From the NCBI GenBank assembly GCA_964655525.1, contig CAZZNE010000009.1, forward strand, positions 46,099 through 110,098: a DNA stretch of 64,000 nt, in the 5' to 3' direction. The stretch's first letter is position 1. Each line of letters starts with the position of its first letter. The DNA comes from an uncultured Clostridium sp. (GTDB lineage Bacteria; Bacillota; Clostridia; Lachnospirales; Lachnospiraceae). A program made the translations under genes and the position numbers. Shown here piece by piece: positions 55,838 through 64,000 of the stretch. The notes beneath the pieces are model-generated. The model did no database searches, had not been told where the DNA came from, and saw only the letters and a program-made list of their open reading frames with translations.

Positions 55838-55873
55838 ACAGCCGCCCAAGTCATATTTGACTTGGGCGGCTGT
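55838..55873 (+). terminator. Strong stem-loop ending the glycopolymer locus
   Basis: ACAGCCGCCCAAGTC-atattt-GACTTGGGCGGCTGT, a 15-bp stem with a weak U-tract. Confidence 0.65.
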
Positions 55874-56055
55874 TAATAATTGCAAACTTTCGTGGGTCTT
55901 AAGATTTATCAAATAATTCTTAAATTCCGATGAAATAATTCAACCATCAGGTGAATTTTTACATCAAATTCTCCTCCTGCGTTATTGCATTGAGTGTTCG
56001 ACGATACTAAGATAAGGGTAACGATAGAGCTTGCAGAGAGGAGAACGGCAGTAAT

Positions 56056-56889
56056 ATGGATCATAGGAAGACTGGGGAAGTGATCAGTAAACGACGCAGG
56101 GAATTGGGATTGACACAGAATCAGCTTGCGGGACTGCTCAATATCTCATTTCAGGCGGTATCAAAGTGGGAGAACAGTACGGCATATCCCGATATTGAAA
56201 TGCTTCCGAAACTGGCGGCAGCGCTTCACACAACGGTGGATGCGCTGCTCGGCTACAGCAGTGTCGTGACGGATTATGACAGGCGGTATAATACGGAGGA
56301 ATATTACTGGGGACTGAAACCGAATCGTATCTGCTATGACATCATGAAGCTTCTCCCGCCGATCAAACCTTACCGCGTGCTGGATATTGGCTGCGGCGAG
56401 GGAAAGGACGCCGTGTTTTTTGCAAAGTGCGGATATGTGGTGACGGCTTTTGACATATCGGAGCAGGGGATAGAAAAGGCAAAAAAGCTTGCGGAGTACA
56501 ATCAGGTCGAGACCCGATTTTTTAAGGCGGATCTCTATGATTATCGCCCCGATGCGGAGTATGACATTATATTCAGCAGCGGAGTACTTCATTTCCTTCC
56601 GAAAACGGATCGGGAAGAGATTTGTGACAGCTTAAAATCGCATACTGCGGATGGCGGCATCAACGCTTTGAATGTATTTGTCCAAAAACCGTTTATCTCC
56701 CGAGCGCCGGATCCTACACGGGATGAAGAGAAAAGGCACCCGTGGCATTCCGGAGAACTGTTCGGATATTATCATGACTGGTTGTTCCATACCTGCAGGG
56801 AAGAAGTATTTGACTGCAACAGCGGCGGTACGCCTCATAAGCATTGTATGGATACCCTGATCGCGCAAAAACTGACGGAGGCGGTTTGA
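56056..56889 (+). CDS. XRE-type HTH domain fused to a class I SAM-dependent (TehB-like) methyltransferase
   Basis: HTH 'RRRELGLTQNQLAGLLNISFQAVSKWENSTAYPDIEML'. Methyltransferase 'VLDIGCGEGKDAVFFAKCGYVVTAFDIS'. Confidence 0.8.
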   Translation: MDHRKTGEVISKRRRELGLTQNQLAGLLNISFQAVSKWENSTAYPDIEMLPKLAAALHTTVDALLGYSSVVTDYDRRYNTEEYYWGLKPNRICYDIMKLLPPIKPYRVLDIGCGEGKDAVFFAKCGYVVTAFDISEQGIEKAKKLAEYNQVETRFFKADLYDYRPDAEYDIIFSSGVLHFLPKTDREEICDSLKSHTADGGINALNVFVQKPFISRAPDPTRDEEKRHPWHSGELFGYYHDWLFHTCREEVFDCNSGGTPHKHCMDTLIAQKLTEAV

Positions 56890-56893
56890 GTAT

Positions 56894-57736
56894 ATGGAAC
56901 CGATCTATAGCGGAAAAGTAAGAGAGATTTATGATATTTCAGATCAACATCTGGTCATTGTAACGACCGACAGAATTTCTGCCTTTGACAATATATTACC
57001 TGTCCCGGTCAAGGGGAAAGGAATCGTGTTAAATAAAATATCTAACTTTTGGTTTGAAAGAACCCGGAATATTGTGCCGAATCATATGGTGACTGACAGG
57101 GTGGAACATATGCCGTCGGTTTTTCGGAAAGAGCATTTTAGGGAACGCACGGTTATGGTTCAAAAACTAAAAATGCTTCCCTTTGAGTTTGTGGTGCGCG
57201 GTTATTTGTTTGGAAGTATGTGGAGCGCTTATGAAAACGGGGAGAGCTTTTGCGGAATTACACTGTCCGGACATTATGAGCAGGCGCAAAAGCTGGAACG
57301 GCCGGTTCTCACGCCGGCGCGCAAGCATGATGTCGGACATGATGAATATGTTAGCATTAAAGAAGTAGAAACCGAGTTGGGTACGGAGATGACAGATCGG
57401 ATTTTGCAAAGCTGTTTTAAGTTATATGAGGTGTGCAGTGAATTTGCACTATCTAAAGGACTGATCATTGCTGATACCAAGTTTGAATTCGGTCAGAATG
57501 AGCGGGGGGAACTGGTTCTGGCAGATGAAATCTTTACACCGGATTCCAGCAGATATTGGGATGTCCAAAGTTACAAAACGGGAAGCACGCCGGATTCATT
57601 TGATAAACAATACCTGCGCGACTGGCTGATCGATCATAGAAGTAACGACGGGTTTCCTTTCGACAAAGTACCGGAGAGTGTCATTATTCAGACGGAAAAG
57701 CTGTATCAGGAATGTCTCGGCAGGCTGACAGATTGA
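56894..57736 (+). CDS. purC: Phosphoribosylaminoimidazole-succinocarboxamide (SAICAR) synthase, long form
   Basis: 'IYSGKVREIYDISDQHLVIVTTDRISAFD' and 'LADEIFTPDSSRYW'. It starts 5 nt after the upstream gene ends. Confidence 0.85.
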   Translation: MEPIYSGKVREIYDISDQHLVIVTTDRISAFDNILPVPVKGKGIVLNKISNFWFERTRNIVPNHMVTDRVEHMPSVFRKEHFRERTVMVQKLKMLPFEFVVRGYLFGSMWSAYENGESFCGITLSGHYEQAQKLERPVLTPARKHDVGHDEYVSIKEVETELGTEMTDRILQSCFKLYEVCSEFALSKGLIIADTKFEFGQNERGELVLADEIFTPDSSRYWDVQSYKTGSTPDSFDKQYLRDWLIDHRSNDGFPFDKVPESVIIQTEKLYQECLGRLTD

Positions 57737-57775
57737 TTTTGCAGATCAATTAGTCAGCCTGCTCTTGCTTTTTTG
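57720..57775 (+). terminator. Rho-independent terminator overlapping the purC stop codon
   Basis: GCAGGCTGAC...GTCAGCCTGC followed by TCTTGCTTTTTT. Confidence 0.75.
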
Positions 57776-57875
57776 ACGCTCAGGATTCATAATATTTGAT
57801 AAGAAGCGATCATGAATCGCAGATACATTACGTGCGCAATTTTGTTTGTGGGATAAGAGATAAGGAGGGATGCAC

Positions 57876-57962
57876 ATGCTGTGCCATATGCGGATTGATT
57901 TGGGCACGGATCTCTGTACAAGGTCTGATTGTTGGGCAATCCTTGTGCAGAGGGAAAACTAA
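57876..57962 (+). CDS. Candidate 28-aa leader peptide upstream of the MFS gene (speculative)
   Basis: AAGGAGGG lies 7 nt before the ATG. Peptide MLCHMRIDLGTDLCTRSDCWAILVQREN. Alternative pairings overlap the ORF. Confidence 0.25.
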   Translation: MLCHMRIDLGTDLCTRSDCWAILVQREN

Positions 57963-58043
57963 GAGATATTCATTGCCCGCATCGGATTTTGTACTTATAG
58001 GGAACCGGAAACATGAGAAAATAACTATAAGGAGAGAAATTCG

Positions 58044-59318
58044 ATGAATCAAAATTTTAAAAAATATATTGTTTTTTGGTTAAGTCAGGCGGTATCGCAG
58101 CTTGGAAGTCAGCTCACGGGGTTTGCGTTGATTCTGTGGGCGTATTCACAGAGCCATTCTGCGATGACGGTTTCTTTGATGACCTTTTTTAACTATGTAC
58201 CATACATTTTAGTGAGTCTGGCAGCGGGAGCGTTTGTAGACAGCCATAGCAAAAAAGGGATCATGCTGGTATCGGATACGATCGCGGCAATCTGTTCCGT
58301 GGTTGTACTCATTTTAAGCATGTCAGGAGGGCTGCGGATCTATCATATCTATATGGTCAATCTTGTGATCGGGCTGATGAGCGCGTTTCAAGGTCCCGCG
58401 TCCGCAGTGGCGGTCGGAAAAATGGTGCCGGAGGAGAAGCTTGCGCAGGTGAGCGGGATGAACTCTTTTTCCGGTAACCTGATCATGGTGTTAGCGCCGG
58501 TGCTTTCCGCGTCGTTATTTGCGTTTGGCGGATTAACGATGGTATTAGTGGTTGATCTGTCAAGCTTTGTGTTCGCGTTTGTGGTGCTGCTGTTCTATAT
58601 TCAAATTCCGGAAGATGGGCATGCAAAGGGCGACAGAAAAGCAGTATGGGAAGGATGCGCGGAAGGGTTTCGCTATCTGGCGCGGCAGAAGGCGATTTCC
58701 ACGATCATCATTACAATGGCGCTGCTCAATTTTTTCTCAAGGCTTACCTATGAGAATATTTTGTCGCCCATGATTCTGGCAAGGAGCGGAAATGATTCTT
58801 TGACGCTCGGGATCGTAAATGCGGTGATGGGGATCGGCGGTATTGCAGGGGGAATTTTGGTCGCCGCAGGGAAGTTTTCAAAGAATAGCGTGAAGATGAT
58901 TTATTTTTCCGCGATGTTGTCTTTTTTGTTGGGTGATCTGCTGATGGGTATGGGGCGCGGCGTTGTCCTGTGGTCGTTTGCGGGACTGATGGCGAGTCTG
59001 CCGATTCCGTTTATCAATGCGGGTCAGAATGTCATTTTTTATCGCACGGTGCCGACGGAAATGCAGGGCCGGGTATTTGCGGTGAGAAACGCCATTCAGT
59101 TCTGTACGGTTCCGGTTGGCATCTTATTGGGAGGATTTTTGGCCGACTATATCTTCGAACCGTTTATGGCGGAGGAATACGGTGTGGTTTCGGTGCTTCA
59201 ATCACTCGTTGGAAAAGGCGCGGGAAGCGGCATGGCGGTGATGTTTTTGTGCACGGGGCTGTTGGGAAGCTTTTTCAGTTATGTGTGCTACAGAATCTAT
59301 AAGGGTCATGCGGAATAA
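58044..59318 (+). CDS. MFS transporter (EntS / macrolide-efflux-like subfamily)
   Basis: About 12 TM segments, N-terminus 'FKKYIVFWLSQAVSQLGSQLTGFAL', 424 aa. AAGGAGAG RBS. Confidence 0.85.
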   Translation: MNQNFKKYIVFWLSQAVSQLGSQLTGFALILWAYSQSHSAMTVSLMTFFNYVPYILVSLAAGAFVDSHSKKGIMLVSDTIAAICSVVVLILSMSGGLRIYHIYMVNLVIGLMSAFQGPASAVAVGKMVPEEKLAQVSGMNSFSGNLIMVLAPVLSASLFAFGGLTMVLVVDLSSFVFAFVVLLFYIQIPEDGHAKGDRKAVWEGCAEGFRYLARQKAISTIIITMALLNFFSRLTYENILSPMILARSGNDSLTLGIVNAVMGIGGIAGGILVAAGKFSKNSVKMIYFSAMLSFLLGDLLMGMGRGVVLWSFAGLMASLPIPFINAGQNVIFYRTVPTEMQGRVFAVRNAIQFCTVPVGILLGGFLADYIFEPFMAEEYGVVSVLQSLVGKGAGSGMAVMFLCTGLLGSFFSYVCYRIYKGHAE

Positions 59319-59387
59319 AAAAGAAGAATCTAATGTAAGAGAATGTATTACAGCAGAGCGGCAGATAGGGACTGAAAGGGGAAACGA

Positions 59388-60233
59388 TTGGACAGACTGT
59401 TACTCATCGACGGAAGCAACCTGTTGTTTCAAATGTTTTTTGGCATGCCGGCAAGAATCGTAAACGAGCAGGGAAAAGCGATTTGGGGGACGCTCGGCTT
59501 TGTGGGCGCTATGTTAAAAATCATCCGCATGGCGGAGCCCACGCATATGGCGGTCATATTTGACGGCGAGCATGAAAATCCCCGATGTGAGCTGGACTCC
59601 GCTTACAAAGCGAACAGACCGGATTATAGCATGGTAAGTGAGGAAGAAAATCCGTTTTCCCAACTGCCGGATGTATATAAAGCGCTGGATTTCCTTGGCA
59701 TCAGGTACATAGAAACGGTGGATTGTGAGGCGGACGATCTGATCGCCGGTTATGCGCTGTCGTTCGGTCGGAATGAGGAGGTCGTAATCTCATCGTTTGA
59801 CAGTGATTTTTTTCAGCTTATCACGGACAGGGTATCCGTGCTTCGTTATCGCGGTGAAAAAACAATGATCTGCACGCCGGAATATATCAAGGAGAAATTC
59901 GATATTATGCCGGAGCAATATGCGGATTGGAAATCGCTTGTGGGTGATACGGCGGACAATATTAAAGGTGCGGAAAAGGTTGGTGCAAAGACGGCGGCTT
60001 TGCTGCTTCATGAGTTTGGCACGCTGGAACAGGTTCTTTTGGATGCGGAAAAGATTGCAAAACCGTCCGTGAGACAATCCATCCTACGGAATGCAGACAG
60101 GCTTCGGGTCAATTATCAAGTGATCAAGCTTGCGGGCGGGGCGGCGCTGCCGTTTAGCGGCCAGGAATTAGCGTACCGCTATGACGGAAAGACGACCAAT
60201 GAGGTGTTGACGGGGATCGGATTGCGGAGATGA
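59388..60233 (+). CDS. Stand-alone 5'-3' exonuclease / flap endonuclease (Pol I N-terminal domain-like)
   Basis: 'LLLIDGSNLLFQMFFG', 'EADDLIA' and 'VGDTADNIKGAEKVGAKTAALLL' (H3TH). TTG start preceded by GAAAGGGGA. Confidence 0.85.
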   Translation: MDRLLLIDGSNLLFQMFFGMPARIVNEQGKAIWGTLGFVGAMLKIIRMAEPTHMAVIFDGEHENPRCELDSAYKANRPDYSMVSEEENPFSQLPDVYKALDFLGIRYIETVDCEADDLIAGYALSFGRNEEVVISSFDSDFFQLITDRVSVLRYRGEKTMICTPEYIKEKFDIMPEQYADWKSLVGDTADNIKGAEKVGAKTAALLLHEFGTLEQVLLDAEKIAKPSVRQSILRNADRLRVNYQVIKLAGGAALPFSGQELAYRYDGKTTNEVLTGIGLRR

Positions 60234-60356
60234 GGAGATTGGGGCAGTCATGGATAGCCATGAAGCAGCGTAGAGCTACGAAGATAAGGCTTGCACGGGA
60301 AAGACGAGATCAGGCAGGTTCCGGAGGATTGTGGAACTGTGGGGAGCAATGGGCGT

Positions 60357-61130
60357 ATGGAGAATAATGAGATTATTGAAAGTAATAAGGCGTACTGGAA
60401 TGAACATGCCGATTTGTGGTTTGGGACAACTGCGCTCCCCGTGTATGGAGTCCGGTTTCCGACAGAAGATGAGTTACATCTGTTCGGGGACGTTACGGGC
60501 AAGAGGATGTTGGAAATATGCTGCGGCAGCGGGCATTCTTTGAAGTATCATGCCGAGAGGGGCGCGGGCGAGTTATGGGGTGTTGATCTGTCGCAGAAGC
60601 AGCTTGATAACGCCACGAGGCTGTTAACGGAGAGCGGATATTCGGCAAGGCTGATCTGCTCCAAAATGGAAGCGGAACTCGATGTGCCGAAGGAATATTT
60701 TGATTATGTTTATTCCATCTATGGAATCGGATGGACAACGGATCTGCAGGGGACGTTTGATCATATCGCCTCTTATCTGAAAAAGGATGGTATCTTCATC
60801 TTCAGCTGGCATCATACATTGAATTATTGCGTGGGATGGTCGTGCGACGAGAGGAAGGACGTATTGGAAGATGATAAGCTGGTGATGACAAAAAGCTATT
60901 ATGATGAGTCCTGGTTCAAAATGCCGGTGCATGACAGTGAGGTCATTCTTTGCAACAGAAAAATGTCAACCTATATCAATGCGCTGGCGAAAGCGGGTTT
61001 TGCGATTGAACGGCTGGTGGAGGAAACGGATAACGAATCCCTGCACGCCGCAGAGGACGCGGATGCAAAAACGAAAAAAGCACAAATGCTGCCGATCTCA
61101 TTTTGCATTAAGGCGAGGAAAATCGATTGA
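60357..61130 (+). CDS. Class I SAM-dependent methyltransferase
   Basis: 'MLEICCGSGHSLKYHAERGAGELWGVDLSQKQL' is motif I. Confidence 0.8.
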   Translation: MENNEIIESNKAYWNEHADLWFGTTALPVYGVRFPTEDELHLFGDVTGKRMLEICCGSGHSLKYHAERGAGELWGVDLSQKQLDNATRLLTESGYSARLICSKMEAELDVPKEYFDYVYSIYGIGWTTDLQGTFDHIASYLKKDGIFIFSWHHTLNYCVGWSCDERKDVLEDDKLVMTKSYYDESWFKMPVHDSEVILCNRKMSTYINALAKAGFAIERLVEETDNESLHAAEDADAKTKKAQMLPISFCIKARKID

Positions 61131-61167
61131 ATTCGTCAAGTGACTGTGGTAGGATGTAGGGCAATCA

Positions 61168-61944
61168 ATGGAGATGCGGAGGTTTATGAATAGAGATCAC
61201 TTAAAAACCATCTGGAAACAGGAAGAGGAAATAGCGCACATTCACGGTTGGGATTTTTCGCATATTAATGGGAGATACGAAGAAGAAAATGATTTGCCGT
61301 GGGATTATGAAAAGATCGTCAGGAGTCACTTAAAAAGCCACTTGGATATACTGGATTATGATACGGGCGGCGGCGAGTTTTTACTAACCTTACATCATCC
61401 ATATAACAAAACGTCCGCAACGGAAGGGTATCCGCCCAATGTGGATTTGTGTAAGGAAACATTACTTCCGCTGGGAATAAACTTCAAGGAATGCAATGAT
61501 CCGGCGAACATTCCATTTGCCGATGAAGCATTTGACCTGATGATCAATCGGCATGGTGATTTTGACGCAAGAGAAATATTCCGGTTACTGCGGCAGGATG
61601 GTGTGTTTATCACAGAACAGGTGGGCGAAGATAACGATAGGGATTTAGTGGAAATGGTATTGCCCGGAACAGGCAAGCCATTTCCCGGTCTAAATCTTGC
61701 AAAGCAGCGGAAGAATTTTGAAGAGGCAGGTTTTCAGATTATGCAGGCGGAAGAAGCCCGCCGTCCGATCACGTTTTATGACGTAGGCGCATTTGTTTGG
61801 TTTGCGCATATCATTGAATGGGAATTTCCTGATTTTTCGGTGGATCGGTGTTTTGAGCGGCTGTTGAAAATGCAGGAGATGATTGAAAAAGACGGAAAAG
61901 TGGAGGGAACCATTCATCGTTATTTGATCGTCGCGAAAAAATAG
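61168..61944 (+). CDS. Class I SAM-dependent methyltransferase-like protein
   Basis: 'ILDYDTGGGEFLL' and 'FDLMINRHG'. The exact start is uncertain, 61168 or 61186. Confidence 0.7.
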   Translation: MEMRRFMNRDHLKTIWKQEEEIAHIHGWDFSHINGRYEEENDLPWDYEKIVRSHLKSHLDILDYDTGGGEFLLTLHHPYNKTSATEGYPPNVDLCKETLLPLGINFKECNDPANIPFADEAFDLMINRHGDFDAREIFRLLRQDGVFITEQVGEDNDRDLVEMVLPGTGKPFPGLNLAKQRKNFEEAGFQIMQAEEARRPITFYDVGAFVWFAHIIEWEFPDFSVDRCFERLLKMQEMIEKDGKVEGTIHRYLIVAKK

Positions 61945-61947
61945 GTT

Positions 61948-61984
61948 ATGAGCCGTTACCCGCTGCGGGTGACGGCTCATTTTG
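61948..61984. terminator. Stem-loop terminator between convergent genes
   Basis: ATGAGCCGTTACCC...GGGTGACGGCTCAT followed by TTT. Confidence 0.7.
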
Positions 61985-62058
61985 GTAGTTATTGCTCATC
62001 AAGGGATATTGTATAACAGCAAGTCACGGCGAGCATGAGTACAAATGTACCAATAATT

Positions 62059-63231
62059 TCACCATCTTACCTTCCAGCGTTCATTCAGTAAATTCTCATT
62101 ACCGGAATATTCGGAATTAGGCCTTTTAATAGTTTCTTTTTTGCAAAGCGCTGCAAGATAACGCTCAAATAGCTTTTCATCTGTGGGTATCTCTGCCCAT
62201 TTATCCGTCCAGGCGGACAGATATGCGGCGTTTGAAATAGACAGGGAATGAAGTCCCTCGCGTCCGTCAGCGATCAGATCCGCTCCGTCTAAAATTGCCT
62301 CCGCAAAATTTTCAAGTATCATTGAGTGTCCGTCGGAATCCTCTTCTGAAAATTCCTCATACTCCATATCGGGACACAAAAACCCCTCCTTTGATGTAAA
62401 GCAGAATTCTCTTTCGGGAACAAGAAGTTTCCACCATTTCAACTTTCCGCCTTCAATGACAAGCTTGCCAAGGTCGCCCGAAATTTCAAGGCGATTTGTA
62501 CCCGGTGCTTCTCCTGTGGTAGAAATAAACGTCGCCGTCGCACTGTTTTCGTATTCACCGTAAATCGTTACATCATCCTCAACATCAATATTATGATATT
62601 TTCCCACAGCACAGAACGCCCTGACTTTTTTTGGCATACCGAAAATCCATTGCCACAAATCAAGGTTGTGAGGAGCCTGATTTAAAAGCACTCCGCCGCC
62701 TTCGCCGTTCCATGTTGCACGCCAGCTTCCCGAATCGTAATAAGCCTGTGTGCGGTACCAGTTTGTGATTATCCAAACCAGTCTTTTAGGTTTTCCAAGA
62801 GCGCCGCTCTGCACAATATGGCGGGCTTTTTTGTAAATCGGATTTGTCCGCTGATTGAACATGATCCCGAATTTTACGCCCGCTTTTTCGGCAGCCTCAT
62901 TCATTTCATGAACCTGACTTGTGTATACTCCGGCAGGCTTTTCGGTCATGACATGAATGCCCCGCTTAAAGCACTCTATTGCATACTTCGGGTGATCGTA
63001 ATGGGGTACCGCGATAAGCGCAGCGTCAATAAGACCGCTGTCCAGCATTTTTTCCGTACTGTCAAAGCAAGTCAATGTTGGAAGCTTTTTCTGTGCATTT
63101 TCAAGCTTTTTAGAATCAACGTCCGAGGCGGCGGTTACTTCAATTTTGGGACACTTACCGTCTATGACATTCTGTAAATGTCCGCTTCCCATATTTCCGA
63201 CACCGATTATTCCAAGATGAATTTTCTCCAT
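62059..63231 (-). CDS. Gfo/Idh/MocA-family NAD(P)-dependent oxidoreductase
   Basis: 'IHLGIIGVGNMGSGH' and 'EKPAGV'. AAGGAG lies 9 nt before the ATG at 63231. Confidence 0.85.
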   Translation of the reverse strand: MEKIHLGIIGVGNMGSGHLQNVIDGKCPKIEVTAASDVDSKKLENAQKKLPTLTCFDSTEKMLDSGLIDAALIAVPHYDHPKYAIECFKRGIHVMTEKPAGVYTSQVHEMNEAAEKAGVKFGIMFNQRTNPIYKKARHIVQSGALGKPKRLVWIITNWYRTQAYYDSGSWRATWNGEGGGVLLNQAPHNLDLWQWIFGMPKKVRAFCAVGKYHNIDVEDDVTIYGEYENSATATFISTTGEAPGTNRLEISGDLGKLVIEGGKLKWWKLLVPEREFCFTSKEGFLCPDMEYEEFSEEDSDGHSMILENFAEAILDGADLIADGREGLHSLSISNAAYLSAWTDKWAEIPTDEKLFERYLAALCKKETIKRPNSEYSGNENLLNERWKVRW

Positions 63232-63244
63232 AAATAAACACTCC

Positions 63245-64000
63245 TTATCCAATCAATTTTTTTAATGCTGAAATTGCAGCGTCAAAGGCTTCTTCCGACG
63301 AGGGGTAACAATATTTACTGCGTAGATCACTTTCATGTTCAAGCTTTTCAAATCCGGAAAACACCGACAAATGCGGCTCAACGGTCAATACCTTTCCGCG
63401 GTATTTTTCGAGTATGTACGGTATATTCCCAATGCCGTTCCCTGCGGGAACAACCGTGCCGTCGGAAAGTGCGTCCTTAATATGGATGTATTCAACATAT
63501 GGGGAAAGGATTTCCCAAGCTGCCTTTGTGTCCTGACCGCATTGAATAAAGTTAGCAGGGTCAAAAACGGCCTTTATTTGGGGAAAGTTTTTGTGTATTT
63601 CCTCGCATCGATTTGCGGTGCAGCCGTAGATACCCTTTTCATTTTCGTGACACAAAACAACGCCGCTGCCCTTTGTCGCAGACTGAAAATGTTCCAAGCG
63701 TGACATTACCTCTTCCGAATAAATTCCCGCATTTTCCGGCGGCACATAAAAGCTGAAAATTCGCATGTATTTTGCACTGAGAATTTCCGCAAGCTCAATA
63801 CCATGCTTGAATTTTTCAAGGTGGGGAGCAAAGTCATCGCCTATTCCGATTTTCCCAAACGGCGACCCGACAGACCATACCGCCAAGTTGAAGTGTTCCA
63901 GCTTTTTGCGTATTTCACGGGCTTTTTCTGTGGAAATATCCGAGACATTTTCATCGTCAACTCCTCGTATCTCAAGGTACTCAACGCCGTTTCTTACCAT
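63245..64000 (-). CDS. Sugar-phosphate isomerase/epimerase (xylose isomerase-like TIM barrel), 5' end probably cut by the window edge
   Basis: 'VEYLEIRG', 'MRIFSF', 'VLCHENEKGIYG' and 'YIHIKDA'. The frame is open to nt 64000. Confidence 0.75.
   Translation of the reverse strand: MVRNGVEYLEIRGVDDENVSDISTEKAREIRKKLEHFNLAVWSVGSPFGKIGIGDDFAPHLEKFKHGIELAEILSAKYMRIFSFYVPPENAGIYSEEVMSRLEHFQSATKGSGVVLCHENEKGIYGCTANRCEEIHKNFPQIKAVFDPANFIQCGQDTKAAWEILSPYVEYIHIKDALSDGTVVPAGNGIGNIPYILEKYRGKVLTVEPHLSVFSGFEKLEHESDLRSKYCYPSSEEAFDAAISALKKLIG

Noticed and set aside
57796-58047. An 83-aa ORF from the six-frame track, upstream of and overlapping the MFS start.
   Set aside because: It has no RBS, a Cys/Arg-rich improbable composition, and it overlaps the MFS start codon. 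The region is better explained as a 5' leader, possibly with the 28-codon leader ORF in another frame.
59388-61944. The exonuclease plus two methyltransferases as a restriction-modification or defence module.
   Set aside because: The methyltransferases show small-molecule-type class I motifs with no DNA-methyltransferase motifs (no DPPY/NPPY or PCQ). The nuclease is a Pol I-type flap endonuclease. The genes are separated by gaps with their own RBSs.

Overview
This 64 kb window looks like a chromosomal segment from a Gram-positive, Clostridia-like Firmicute. That assignment is an inference from GGAGG ribosome-binding sites, lipobox signal peptides, an S-box riboswitch, a SleB-type cell-wall hydrolase and roughly 50% GC judged by eye. 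Coding density is high, about 55 genes, mostly on the + strand. From left to right: (1) A fructan or sucrose utilisation locus at 1-9730. It holds an ABC permease and binding lipoprotein, a non-catalytic lipoprotein with three repeated beta-sandwich modules, a surface LamG-GH32 enzyme, a cytoplasmic GH32 and a fructokinase. (2) Mixed genes at 9.8-29.3 kb: an unusual response regulator whose N-terminus fits the MshEN c-di-GMP-binding motif, nagA, a NYN-like protein with pentapeptide repeats, yggS, an acyltransferase, a sugar nucleotidyltransferase with galE, hemolysin III, a small alarmone synthetase, a structured leader with a coiled-coil membrane protein, flavin reductase, dinB, an M23/LysM peptidase, murA, GH43 and an HD-GYP protein. 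(3) An S-box riboswitch with metK, an AT-rich MntA/HepT toxin-antitoxin islet, then dnaE, pfkA, a TrmH-family methyltransferase, proC, a SleB-like hydrolase, an NfeD/SPFH pair, argF, birA, dusB and greA. (4) A class I lysyl-tRNA synthetase fused to a tRNA-binding domain. (5) A wall-glycopolymer locus at 47.9-55.8 kb: a TagF-like transferase, a split CDP-ribitol synthase, two paralogous GT2 genes and a GT4. (6) An HTH-methyltransferase with purC, an MFS exporter with a possible leader peptide, a 5'-3' exonuclease, two methyltransferases, and an oxidoreductase/TIM-barrel pair at the right edge. I recognised no rRNA, tRNA, CRISPR array, transposase or integrase. The best candidates for something new are the MshEN-CheX-REC protein (10226-11530), the leader RNA with an exact 27-nt repeat in front of the repeat-containing coiled-coil protein (20180-21332), the atypical fructan-locus proteins, and the glycopolymer locus. 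All functional calls rest on motif recognition by eye. No database search was run.
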